DNA from: a virus
Lineage: Duplodnaviria; Caudoviricetes
Virus record (IMG/VR): IMGVR_UViG_3300021958_010858
Coordinates: 2,982-66,981 of that record
DNA: 64,000 nucleotides
Reading direction: 5' to 3' (one strand)
Part shown: positions 53,598-62,832 of the stretch, in pieces
How positions within the stretch are numbered: position 1 is the stretch's first letter
Layout of the letters: every line of letters starts with the position of its first letter
Made by a program: the position numbers and the translations under genes
Notes under the pieces: model-generated
The model's input: only the letters and a program-made list of their open reading frames with translations
What the model was told of the DNA's origin: nothing
Database searches by the model: none

Positions 53598-54360
53598 TTT
53601 CTTTGTTTTCTAAATAACTTTCAAAGCAAAACTCTCTGCTTGCTAGGTGGTCTAGGTTCGGCCTAGATAGTGTGCTTTGCCTGCCAAAGTTTCTTGAGCA
53701 AATGCACTTGTATGTTTGAAATGCTTCAAAATCGCTTCTTTTGTTATAGTAAATTGTTTTCGCTAATTTTGCTTTGTGATTAAATGCATCGCAATAAGAC
53801 AAAACTTTTTCCTCTAGAAGGGAGTCAAACGGCAAATCATTTCTTTCGATAAAAAAGGAAGGGCTAAACTCGCTTAAGTGTGGAGTACAATTATTAAATC
53901 CCATTGTATTGTTAAATATAAAAGAATCATAAAACGGTACTACAAACTCTAGATCGTCATCGTTCCATATTTTTTTCAATGTTTCTTCGTCTATCCTTCC
54001 TTCTCCGTTTGCGAATGCGGAGGAGTAAATTCCGTAAAGTCTTTTGCACCCCATATCATTTTTTGCAAAAATAATTACTTTGTGTTCGCAGTTGTTGTCT
54101 TGTGACTCTTTTTTTAGTATAGACTTATCGTCACACATACTAACTCTTAATCCAAAAATAAGTTGAATTCCTAGATCTCTACTTCTCTTTAGGGCTTCAA
54201 GAAATCCAATCATTGTATCTTCCACAAGAATAACTTTATCTAGGTCTTCTGTTTGAGCAAGCGAGAAGATAGAATCTGGACCTTGATCGTCATTGCTATC
54301 AGAGAGAGTTAGTATTGACTTGCCTCCGATTGAATAGTGGCTTTTCCATAGTGGAATCAT
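53584..54360 (-). CDS. stand-alone PHP domain of Pol III alpha
   Basis: KSHYS, I..IFGLR, IFAKN..G..RL, YY...D..AF....CI align with the DnaE N-terminus. Confidence 0.8.
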   Translation of the reverse strand: MIPLWKSHYSIGGKSILTLSDSNDDQGPDSIFSLAQTEDLDKVILVEDTMIGFLEALKRSRDLGIQLIFGLRVSMCDDKSILKKESQDNNCEHKVIIFAKNDMGCKRLYGIYSSAFANGEGRIDEETLKKIWNDDDLEFVVPFYDSFIFNNTMGFNNCTPHLSEFSPSFFIERNDLPFDSLLEEKVLSYCDAFNHKAKLAKTIYYNKRSDFEAFQTYKCICSRNFGRQSTLSRPNLDHLASREFCFESYLENKENELA

Positions 54361-54371
54361 TACTACAATAT

Positions 54372-55454
54372 TTACAATGTGAACTCATCGTCAAGTTCTT
54401 TTTTTTGCGTCCAGCGTGGGCAGCCTTCGTATCTGCGTTTTTCTATGGTTTGCTTGTCCGATTTTTTGAGAGAGTCTTTATCTTCCAGGAAACATGTTTT
54501 TGCTATCGTTCCGTCTTCATTTAGTAGAGCGTAGTAATCAAAAGGCTTTCTGAAAGCGCATATATAAGCTTTTATTGGGTTTCCGTCTTTATCTAAGACT
54601 TCGCTACCTCTACTCATTTTGTATCCATCTTTACCGCAAACAAGCGGGCCGCCAAAAGTGCCATCCGACGGGTAGCCTTGATCCCCCGCAAAGTTGGAGG
54701 TCGCCTCGTCCATTCCGAAAGATTCTAGGTATTTTTGGATTTCAGTTAATTGAAATTCAAAACCTTCTAGCTCTTCCTCTGAGAGCTGGGCCATTTCTAC
54801 TATACCTTTTGTTGGTTTTCCTAGGAGGTCTCTACCTACTTCAAATTTCAAAAAAAGAAATTCACTTTTTCTTTTTAAGTATTCTGGGTATAAATGCTTG
54901 ACCGCAAGACAGTACATTAGGTCTTGCATATTGTCTGTTATTTCTGCACCCTTAAATACTTGCTTACTTGTCTTGAAATCTCTGATAATTGCCTGTTTTT
55001 TCTTTTTGTATAAAAACAGTTTGTCTATGAACCCCAGTATATTATACCTCTTTCCGTCTTCATCTATTTTTAAGTCAAATCTTTCCTCTGAAATGGCTTT
55101 TGTGGGTACGCCATTGTCTGTTCCAAAAAAATCATACAACAGGCCATTAAGCGTCATGTCTTTAATTAATCCAATATTCTCTTCGTCGTTTACATTTAGC
55201 TTTCTCGCATGATACCTAACTAATCTTTCTATCGACTCAACAGAAAATATATCCGCAGTTTTTATAATTTTATTGTAAGTTTTTTTGTGCCTTGGGTTTC
55301 CTAAGCATTCAAATATTAAGTGGCATATCCAGCCCCTACTCGCTCCATCATTCGATGTGTCTGGAAGCTTTAATATATATTTGCAATAATATAACCAAGA
55401 ACATTTTTTTGCCGTACTAATACGGCTTGCCGATAATTTTACTTCTTTATTCAT
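54372..55454 (-). CDS. RecB/AddB/Cas4-like PD-(D/E)XK nuclease
   Basis: LSASRI...C, GFID, IRDFKTSK, Q..MY, C-terminal cysteines. Confidence 0.85.
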   Translation of the reverse strand: MNKEVKLSASRISTAKKCSWLYYCKYILKLPDTSNDGASRGWICHLIFECLGNPRHKKTYNKIIKTADIFSVESIERLVRYHARKLNVNDEENIGLIKDMTLNGLLYDFFGTDNGVPTKAISEERFDLKIDEDGKRYNILGFIDKLFLYKKKKQAIIRDFKTSKQVFKGAEITDNMQDLMYCLAVKHLYPEYLKRKSEFLFLKFEVGRDLLGKPTKGIVEMAQLSEEELEGFEFQLTEIQKYLESFGMDEATSNFAGDQGYPSDGTFGGPLVCGKDGYKMSRGSEVLDKDGNPIKAYICAFRKPFDYYALLNEDGTIAKTCFLEDKDSLKKSDKQTIEKRRYEGCPRWTQKKELDDEFTL

Positions 55455-56505
55455 CTAATGGTAGGATTTTTAATTTAGAAAAAAGATTTTTACTAAGCTT
55501 TTTATTGTCGTAGAGCTTTTGCGCTGTCTTTTTTATGTTGACTCTTAATTGTTGTTGGTTGGTTGTTGATTTTTTGACTTCCCAATTCGCAAAGTCTTCT
55601 GTTGACATATCTCCAAAATCTTTTTTTGTAGGAAGGCATATCTCTAACTTGTTATGGTCAAAGAATCCTAAAAGTTTACAATAATTTTTTATAGATGCAA
55701 TTAGCCCTCTGTTTTCTTCGCTTGTCTTGTCGTTATTAAATGAAATTATAATCTTGGATGGGTTTAGTTCGGTTATTGCACAAATCAATTTTTGAGAAAT
55801 TGTTAAACCGAAGCTAACCAGGCAATTTTTGAATCCATTTTCGAATAGATTTATGCAGTCTCCTACGCTTTCTACTATAATAATTTCTCTGGTTTTCACA
55901 ATGCTTTCGTAGCACTCGCTAAAATCCAAATTGTTTTTCAAGTAAAGGGGGAATACCCAGTTGCTGGTTTTTCCCATATGCTTCCACTTTGGCCTGGAGT
56001 CGTTTGATTTTATTGATACGTCTCTGCCAGAAAGACCGTGAACTTCTTGATGCTCGTTGAAAATAGGAAATACATGCCTTTGATACATTGCTCCGCCAGT
56101 GCAAAGTCCAGAATGGAAGTGTTTTAATGTTCTTTCTGAGATGCCTTTTTCTGTATAGAAATCATAATGAGGCATCAGGTTTTTATATATAGAATCGTCA
56201 AATCTTTTTTCTGTTTCTAGTTTTCGCACAGAAATACTCTCTTCGGAAGAGTCTTTAATTTCCCCAAGAATTTTATCTAAATTTTTTCCATCTGTGCCTG
56301 ATGTCTTGTTTACTAATGCTTGGAGCGGTAAATACTCTGTACCTTCTACATAATCTTTCCAGACTCCAGTGTCTTTATAAATTTGTATTGCAGTATTGTT
56401 GTCTCCCTCTCTGAATAGCGCATTAGTCTGCCAGTATGCGCCTCTATCCGCAAGCCTATATCCTAATTCACTTAAGATTTCTTTTACCTTGTCTTCGTTA
56501 CTCAT
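55447..56505 (-). CDS. dnaG: DnaG-type primase (Toprim)
   Basis: GLSGR, PKWKH, IVES..D..NL, SFG, FNND; ATG 56505 preferred. Confidence 0.82.
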   Translation of the reverse strand: MSNEDKVKEILSELGYRLADRGAYWQTNALFREGDNNTAIQIYKDTGVWKDYVEGTEYLPLQALVNKTSGTDGKNLDKILGEIKDSSEESISVRKLETEKRFDDSIYKNLMPHYDFYTEKGISERTLKHFHSGLCTGGAMYQRHVFPIFNEHQEVHGLSGRDVSIKSNDSRPKWKHMGKTSNWVFPLYLKNNLDFSECYESIVKTREIIIVESVGDCINLFENGFKNCLVSFGLTISQKLICAITELNPSKIIISFNNDKTSEENRGLIASIKNYCKLLGFFDHNKLEICLPTKKDFGDMSTEDFANWEVKKSTTNQQQLRVNIKKTAQKLYDNKKLSKNLFSKLKILPLDE

Positions 56506-58066
56506 CTGAGGGAAAAATTGACTCTTGCCTTTCTCCAAGATTTGCGAATCCATCTTCTACTGGGTTCTCTGCGTTGGCGATATAATCTTCCATATCCTGC
56601 AAGTCTCCTTTTTCTTGGACTACAAAATTATCTAACTCTAGATTAATATAGTTCTGTTGTTTTGACCCAGTTTCGCTACGCTCTACAAGATTTAATGCTC
56701 TGGCCACATTAGGCCCTAGGTGTCTATGTTTTAGACATATAAGTTTATGTGATCCAAAGTTAGACGGTTCTCCCATTGTTTCGTCATTGGTTTTTCTGCG
56801 CAGAAGAAATAAGTGTGAGCAAAACTGGGTTATTTGATCTGATAGCGAAACTATACTTTCGTCATCTATGACATTCTCTGCTCTTCTATTTGTAGTTATT
56901 CCTGTTCTATTGCTTTGTACGCTTGTGAACATTGAAATTAATGGGCCATCCGAGTCTATAATTTCAGATTGTATCAATGTTTTGAACTTTGTGACCATAT
57001 CTCCAACTCTTTCCCAGTGGGAGTCGTTTCCTTTATTTTTTTCCGAAGTTGTTTTTATGTAATCGAAATTAAAAATTAATGGATTGCCTCTTCCGACTTT
57101 TGCATAATAAAATCTTCTGACTGCATTGACCATCTCGTCCACGCTAAGTCCTCCTACATTATAATAGTAGTAGTTTAATTTATTAGTCTTCAATGCTTTC
57201 CATAGGTTATCTATTGATTGCCTCATCTGTTGTCCCTTTACGCCTTCTACGTGCATATACTTACCTGTCTCCAAGTAGTACAAGGGTACTCCAGTTAGCG
57301 CCGAGCATTGTCTTAGCATGAGTTCTTCTTTGCTCATTTCTCCATTATCAAAATGGAGAACTGGCACATCGTATTCTTTGGATACTTTGGTGCAAAAATC
57401 CATGCAGAACTGTGTTTTTCCGACGCCCGTTCTTGCTACTACAACCGTAATATTTCCTGGTTTTAGTAAAGAGCCGTATAGTTCATTTACCATGGGCATA
57501 TGCGGAGCAAGGAATCCTGACTCACTGAACTTTTCTGAGTTTTCTCCCCTGATGTCTATGAATTCTTGCATTTCTTCATAAATATCTTCTGGGTGCTTTG
57601 CTCCTGCTTCGTAGAAATTTAATTGGTCGTTGTAAATTTTGTCTGCTTGGCTTATGATGTCTTTATACGACATGTCTGGCGGCATTGTCTTCATTTTTTT
57701 TGCCACATTGTTGCAGGCAAAATATATTTCCCTTCTTATCGTGAACTTTTTAAGTTCTTTCGCTGCCGTCACGACTCCTTCTTTCGAAATCTTTTTTAGG
57801 CCTAGGTGTTTGATATATTGAACTATGTCAACATTATCCTCGAAAGATATATTAAGTGATTTTATGCGCTCCGCCAAAAGGGTTTCATCTAAGACTTCTC
57901 CTGCATTAAGAGATTTTGATAAAATGCTGTATATCGTGGAATTAACTGAAGAGTTAATTTTGCAGAAGTCTTTTTCTCCTATGAATGGCGCTATTTCTGC
58001 ATAAGTGTCTGGGTATTTTATTAATCCTGCAAGTAAATGTTGTTCTAGCTCGTAACTGTATATCAT
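56498..58066 (-). CDS. dnaB: DnaB-type replicative helicase
   Basis: E..LLA, ARTGVGKT, GEM..EEL..R, FDYI, QSNR, LK.R. Confidence 0.9.
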   Translation of the reverse strand: MIYSYELEQHLLAGLIKYPDTYAEIAPFIGEKDFCKINSSVNSTIYSILSKSLNAGEVLDETLLAERIKSLNISFEDNVDIVQYIKHLGLKKISKEGVVTAAKELKKFTIRREIYFACNNVAKKMKTMPPDMSYKDIISQADKIYNDQLNFYEAGAKHPEDIYEEMQEFIDIRGENSEKFSESGFLAPHMPMVNELYGSLLKPGNITVVVARTGVGKTQFCMDFCTKVSKEYDVPVLHFDNGEMSKEELMLRQCSALTGVPLYYLETGKYMHVEGVKGQQMRQSIDNLWKALKTNKLNYYYYNVGGLSVDEMVNAVRRFYYAKVGRGNPLIFNFDYIKTTSEKNKGNDSHWERVGDMVTKFKTLIQSEIIDSDGPLISMFTSVQSNRTGITTNRRAENVIDDESIVSLSDQITQFCSHLFLLRRKTNDETMGEPSNFGSHKLICLKHRHLGPNVARALNLVERSETGSKQQNYINLELDNFVVQEKGDLQDMEDYIANAENPVEDGFANLGERQESIFPSDE

Positions 58067-58072
58067 ATACAG

Positions 58073-58100
58073 AATGTAAGCGAGTAAGGCTTTTAGTCAA
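58073..58100 (-). promoter_or_regulatory. sigma70-type promoter of dnaB
   Basis: TTGACT-16 bp-TACATT, 6 nt to ATG 58066. Confidence 0.5.
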
Positions 58101-58383
58101 GTCTTTCTTCTCCTTCGTCTTCGTCTCTAAAATTTAGAATGCCTTCTGCGTTCTCCACATCAATTAAATATTTTTCCATGGATTTCCTAAGCCCCATTTC
58201 TATAATTTGAGAATCTGTTCTTGAGTAAACCATGGGTCTGCCATTTTGATCAGTATAGACTAGTACAAAACCTTTGTTTGCGCTAGATGACCCAGTAAAT
58301 TCGTAGAGCTGCTCAAGAAAGCTCTCTGGTAAAGTGAACTCTGGTAAAGCTTCTGGGTCTAAGTTGCCTTCGTTATCTAACAT
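58093..58383 (-). CDS. hypothetical protein
   Basis: 96-aa tiled ORF. Confidence 0.6.
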   Translation of the reverse strand: MLDNEGNLDPEALPEFTLPESFLEQLYEFTGSSSANKGFVLVYTDQNGRPMVYSRTDSQIIEMGLRKSMEKYLIDVENAEGILNFRDEDEGEERLD

Positions 58384-59299
58384 TATTTTGCGTAACTTTG
58401 ATTAAAAAGGGGAGCTTGTTGAATTCCTTGGGGAAGCTTTGGTTTTTTTTGTTTTTATCTCCCTCCTCTTTTTCTTTTGATACATTTTCAACTGGCAGGT
58501 TTTTAATTTCCTCTAGGGTTGGTGTTTTAATATTTGGGTCAAGCGCCCACATTATACTATGTTCTTCTGCCCACCTTTTCATCCTTCTTACTGGAACCAT
58601 TAAGTTAAATCCTTCTCCAGCTCCCCTAACTATCATTCCAACATATCTGCCATCTTGTAAATAAACTCCTCCTCCTGAACTTCCTGGGAAAGCTGTAACT
58701 GTAGTTTGGTCGTACTCTACTTTATCTCTTATTCTTCCTACTTGAGATATGATTCCACTCGTCATGCTGTTTGATCCGAACTGGCCCAAGAGCGAGCCGA
58801 CGTGAAATAATGGTGTTCCGATGGGGATAATTGGCTCTTTTTTATCTAAGTAAAATTTAGCGCTTGCCTTTCCATAATCTTTTGCCCTAACCATTAATAA
58901 GGCTAAATCTTCTCCGTCGTCCGCATCGCTATATTTAACTACTGTTGCGTCCATTTTAATTTCTCCAACCCTGCGGCCATCCTCTACTAACTCTTTAATG
59001 ATTTGAACATCTCCGAATTCAACAATTTTTTTGGGGGAACCATCTTCTATAACCGTTCTAATGTCCCTTAAATTGTCTACAACATGCCCGCAAGTCCATA
59101 CAAAAGTTACTTTTTCCCCATCGATCTCTCTAGTAATGAGAACGCCTGAACCTTCGGATCTGCTATAGGAGCTCTCTGATTTAATTGTTACTGAAATGTC
59201 TTGCAAGTAATCTGAAACCTCCCTCCTTTCCTTAGGGGAAATTGAAAATAAATTTAAACAAAACAGAGGTAAGGCTAAGGCGATAATTAATTTTTTCAT
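58373..59299 (-). CDS. secreted trypsin-like serine protease
   Basis: signal peptide; triad TCGH, DLALL, PGSSGGG. Confidence 0.88.
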   Translation of the reverse strand: MKKLIIALALPLFCLNLFSISPKERREVSDYLQDISVTIKSESSYSRSEGSGVLITREIDGEKVTFVWTCGHVVDNLRDIRTVIEDGSPKKIVEFGDVQIIKELVEDGRRVGEIKMDATVVKYSDADDGEDLALLMVRAKDYGKASAKFYLDKKEPIIPIGTPLFHVGSLLGQFGSNSMTSGIISQVGRIRDKVEYDQTTVTAFPGSSGGGVYLQDGRYVGMIVRGAGEGFNLMVPVRRMKRWAEEHSIMWALDPNIKTPTLEEIKNLPVENVSKEKEEGDKNKKNQSFPKEFNKLPFLIKVTQNNVR

Positions 59300-59305
59300 A
59301 ATTTA

Positions 59306-59713
59306 TTATAGTAATATATCAAACTTTTTAAATAATGATTTATTGATCTTGTCTTCTGGATAAATTTCTACAAGTTTTATATCATTTAATACACAAAATT
59401 CTCGCTTTTGAGCGTCTCTTCTTTTTTGGTCTATAAAGTTGGCCTTTGTTCCATGAAAAAATTTAACAAACTTTGTGTGTTGCGCTCCCTGTACTTCTAC
59501 CGCTATTTTTTCATTAGCGTTATAAAAGTCAAGGGACAGTTTTGTTCCAGCTACTGGAAGCTCTTCAAATACAACATGTCTTGACCAGTATTTTTTGAGA
59601 AAATGTTTTGCCCTAAACTGAAAGTCGCTTTTGCTTTTTTCGTCCCAGTCTATTAAATACTTTCTTATGTTCTGTATTCTTCTTTGCGAGCCAGTTAGCG
59701 TTTTAAATTTCAT
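59306..59713 (-). CDS. Vsr/DUF559-like endonuclease
   Basis: LDFY, IAVEVQG.QH, RD..K..FC..N.I.L.EI. Confidence 0.8.
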   Translation of the reverse strand: MKFKTLTGSQRRIQNIRKYLIDWDEKSKSDFQFRAKHFLKKYWSRHVVFEELPVAGTKLSLDFYNANEKIAVEVQGAQHTKFVKFFHGTKANFIDQKRRDAQKREFCVLNDIKLVEIYPEDKINKSLFKKFDILL

Positions 59714-60629
59714 TTAAAATTTTTTTCCATTGATATTCTGTCGAGAGTTTTGTGTGTAAATTATTTAATTTCGGTGACAGCTCTTTCCACCAAAGATCTA
59801 AATTTTGCGGGTTTATTTCTGAAAAATTATCTATAACAACTACGGGCAGATCTTCGTAGGCCTCTTGCCATACACCGAGTTTTTGTATAATTGGAATTGT
59901 TTTTAGAGCTAGTGCCTCAAATGTTTTGAAAGAATCGTAGGTTGTTCCTAGTGGAGATAGAAAAAATCTATGAGACTTTACTACTTCCCAGTATCCAGTA
60001 TGACTTAAGCCCCCAAAGAAGTAGCAAAAATCTTTATTTTTCTCCATGTAGCTTTGGGCATTACTCCTATCCCTTCTTGTTCCAAATACTGTTTTGCCCC
60101 AAGGGCTCCAACCTCCACAAACTGTATCCTTTTTTTTCTCTATATTTATGTCTTTTATTAAATATTTTAAATCCTCATGGTAGTTTATTAAGGGCGCTGG
60201 GTGTATTCCGATTGGAACGGCGCATATTCTGTCGGAATCTATATCTTTTTCTTCTGAAAAAATTTTAATTATTTTTTTTTCTTGTAAAAGTTGCTTTCTC
60301 GCTTCCCTCCTTAAAACCCTTTTTATGCTTTTGTCTGCGTTGCCAAGGCATAATACGAATTCAGATTCTATAGTTGGCAAAATGTTCTTCATAAAATATT
60401 TTAAATGATTCATTTTTACGAAGACGGTTTGTGGTGGAGAGCGCTGTTCTGTTTTAATTTTGCTCATTGTTTTCATGCCTCTCTTCCAGTCGAGATGCGT
60501 GTCTATTACCCAGTCAAATTTAGCCAACCAAGGGCTTGTGGAATTTTCGTTTTTACTTATTCTGTGTCTTCCCGAGGCATGCCTCGTGTTATGAAAAAGC
60601 TTTAACTTTGGATTTATTTCTAGGGACAC
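59703..60629 (-). CDS. exostosin/GT47-like glycosyltransferase
   Basis: FFLSPLG..YDSF.TFEAL....IPI, LPVV.I. Confidence 0.7.
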   Translation of the reverse strand: MSLEINPKLKLFHNTRHASGRHRISKNENSTSPWLAKFDWVIDTHLDWKRGMKTMSKIKTEQRSPPQTVFVKMNHLKYFMKNILPTIESEFVLCLGNADKSIKRVLRREARKQLLQEKKIIKIFSEEKDIDSDRICAVPIGIHPAPLINYHEDLKYLIKDINIEKKKDTVCGGWSPWGKTVFGTRRDRSNAQSYMEKNKDFCYFFGGLSHTGYWEVVKSHRFFLSPLGTTYDSFKTFEALALKTIPIIQKLGVWQEAYEDLPVVVIDNFSEINPQNLDLWWKELSPKLNNLHTKLSTEYQWKKILNEI

Positions 60630-60633
60630 AGTG

Positions 60634-60864
60634 TTATATTATAACACGATTTGTATCAAATTCTAGTTCATAGTTGTCCCAATACTTATGGTCGTATTTA
60701 CTGTATTTTATATCATTAAATAAAACCAAGCCTTCGTCGTCAAACTCGTAACCTACTGCTAGTCCGTCAGGGACTCTACCTGTTCCGTTTTTATACTCAA
60801 AACATTCGTCGTAGTGGTGTTCTGAGTATACTATTTGTAATGAATTTAATTTAAAATTTTTCAT
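60634..60864 (-). CDS. hypothetical protein
   Basis: 76-aa tiled ORF. Confidence 0.5.
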   Translation of the reverse strand: MKNFKLNSLQIVYSEHHYDECFEYKNGTGRVPDGLAVGYEFDDEGLVLFNDIKYSKYDHKYWDNYELEFDTNRVII

Positions 60865-61543
60865 GTTTCCAATTGAATCTAAGGCAGTTCCAGTCTGCTC
60901 TTGGTAAGTTTTTTATTTTTTGATGGTATTTTGTTCTATTGTCTGATTTTCTATTTAACTTGCAGTCTGCGCTAAATTCTTCGCAGTATATTTCTGGGGT
61001 AACTTCTTTCATTCCGATCTTGCTTAGCTGTTTTCTGAATAATGGGTCGTTGTGTCCATAGCTCCATGCCATATCTTCATCGTAGCCGCTTGCCGCCCAC
61101 CAGCTTTTTATTGACAGAAGCATTGTTCCGCAAGTCTTTCTTTTGCATTTTCTTTTTAGCCTGTCATCTTTTGAAAATCTTTTAAATGAAAAGTACCAGT
61201 TTTTTCCTTCTACGGCGATCAGTGATTGCATTTTTAATACAGCTTCTCTATCAAAAACTTGATCCATATCACAGATTAAGATATACTCCGTGTCGCACAC
61301 TGTTGCGCTTAAATTTCTTGCTCCAGGAATATTCCATGGAATATCGTCTTCTATTCTATATAAGCTAGAATCTAAGTCGGGAAAAACAGTATCTTTTAAA
61401 AGGGATTTTGCTGGAATTTTAGATCCGTCATCTATAACTTGAAACTTTACTAAATCATCATACTCCTTCCAGGCTTCAAGGTGTCTACCTATATGATCTT
61501 GATCGTTATAATATAATAACGATATTGTCATTTTTTTACTCAT
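60851..61543 (-). CDS. GT2/GT7-like glycosyltransferase
   Basis: VIDDGS, WNIPGARN, ICDMD, GYDE...YG..D. Confidence 0.8.
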   Translation of the reverse strand: MSKKMTISLLYYNDQDHIGRHLEAWKEYDDLVKFQVIDDGSKIPAKSLLKDTVFPDLDSSLYRIEDDIPWNIPGARNLSATVCDTEYILICDMDQVFDREAVLKMQSLIAVEGKNWYFSFKRFSKDDRLKRKCKRKTCGTMLLSIKSWWAASGYDEDMAWSYGHNDPLFRKQLSKIGMKEVTPEIYCEEFSADCKLNRKSDNRTKYHQKIKNLPRADWNCLRFNWKHEKF

Positions 61544-62235
61544 TACTTATATAGTCCGTGTCTATGCCTAATGCAAGTCTTGAGATTGCTTCTTCTTCTG
61601 TTGTTATAATCTGGTAAAAGGGTCGCTATTCTTAGGTCGGATTCCCATAGCGCCCTTCTCAGGTAGGGCTGGTCTCTATGTCCGTATCTAGTTTGGATGT
61701 TTCTTGCGTGATAGTCGTCATTCCATCTTTGCATCAACGCTTGTACTTCTGGGCTTTTTTTAAAAAAAATGACTCCCCCGTTAAACTCTGGAAAAGAGTT
61801 GGGTATGTGTTCTATTTGCGTGCAAACTCTTTTTAAGGGGGCATGAGTTAGTGCTACGTCAAACCTGTCTAGCAATTTAAATGCTTCTTTTAGTATTGGT
61901 TTTTTTAATTCTGTATCATTGTCTAGATAGAGCGTTTTTTCATAAGGAGAATTTAATATTGCGTCTAGTTTATTTCTTCTGTTTGGATTTGTTAGGGTTG
62001 TAACTTTGTGAAATAGACTTGTATCCTGTATCTTTTTTTTGTTTTCGTTATCTATGAACAGAGAAATATTTAAATCTGGATGGAATTTTTTAATGCTTTT
62101 TGCCGAAAACTCACACTCTAATAGGTTCCTGTGCGAACCAGATACGCCGTATATCACCCCGTGTTCTTGCAATTCATTGTCTTTAACCTCTGCAATAACA
62201 TTTTCAGGTTTTTTCCTTCTTGTTTTTCTTCCCAT
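61543..62235 (-). CDS. nucleotide-diphospho-sugar transferase (paralog of 22933-23646)
   Basis: SPYEKTLYLDNDT, EFNGG, RDQPYLR. Confidence 0.75.
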   Translation of the reverse strand: MGRKTRRKKPENVIAEVKDNELQEHGVIYGVSGSHRNLLECEFSAKSIKKFHPDLNISLFIDNENKKKIQDTSLFHKVTTLTNPNRRNKLDAILNSPYEKTLYLDNDTELKKPILKEAFKLLDRFDVALTHAPLKRVCTQIEHIPNSFPEFNGGVIFFKKSPEVQALMQRWNDDYHARNIQTRYGHRDQPYLRRALWESDLRIATLLPDYNNRRRSNLKTCIRHRHGLYK

Positions 62236-62241
62236 GGTTTT

Positions 62242-62832
62242 TTACATTTTCCATAATCCTAATAATTTTTCTGGAACATGGTTATTTGAGTCATTTAAGT
62301 AAAGCATTGGCTTAGTCCAAGAAAACGGTTCTACCTCTAAGTTATGTCTGCTTAAGTTTGCCGAAGTTTTAAAGGAAAAATTGTTTGATTTGTTGTGTGG
62401 GTATGTGGATGCCAGCACGTATTTTATTTTGCTTTTTTGTATGTTTTTAAGGCATTTTGCAGCATCATGTACCGACATATGCATTAGGCAATCTCTTACC
62501 AAAATAATGTCTGCTTCTGGCAGCTCGTCTTTCGACAAATCAATTTGAAGGAAGCTGGTCTTCTCATCGTCGTGTAAGGCTATATTTTTTTCAATCAATT
62601 CTTTTACTATATCTCCTCCTATATAATGCACATCTCGCCAATCAATTTTTTGTGCCCAATTATAATCTCCACAAGGAACATCTAAAAAAGTTTTTATCTC
62701 CAGACCTTTAAGTAGGAGCGGTAATCCTGAGCGAAGGTTTTTTGTCCAACCTATTGTAGAGCCCGCTCCGCTCACACTCTCCGCGCATTTCCATTTATTT
62801 TGTTTAAATATGTCTGTAAAAATTTCGTTCAT
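62242..62832 (-). CDS. class I SAM methyltransferase
   Basis: SGAGS, LDVPCGD.NW, GGDIV, RDCLMH. Confidence 0.85.
   Translation of the reverse strand: MNEIFTDIFKQNKWKCAESVSGAGSTIGWTKNLRSGLPLLLKGLEIKTFLDVPCGDYNWAQKIDWRDVHYIGGDIVKELIEKNIALHDDEKTSFLQIDLSKDELPEADIILVRDCLMHMSVHDAAKCLKNIQKSKIKYVLASTYPHNKSNNFSFKTSANLSRHNLEVEPFSWTKPMLYLNDSNNHVPEKLLGLWKM

Noticed and set aside
49688-58066. Inteins or introns in dnaE and dnaB
   Set aside because: Lengths are normal or short, with no splice-junction motifs or LAGLIDADG blocks; catalytic motifs are contiguous.
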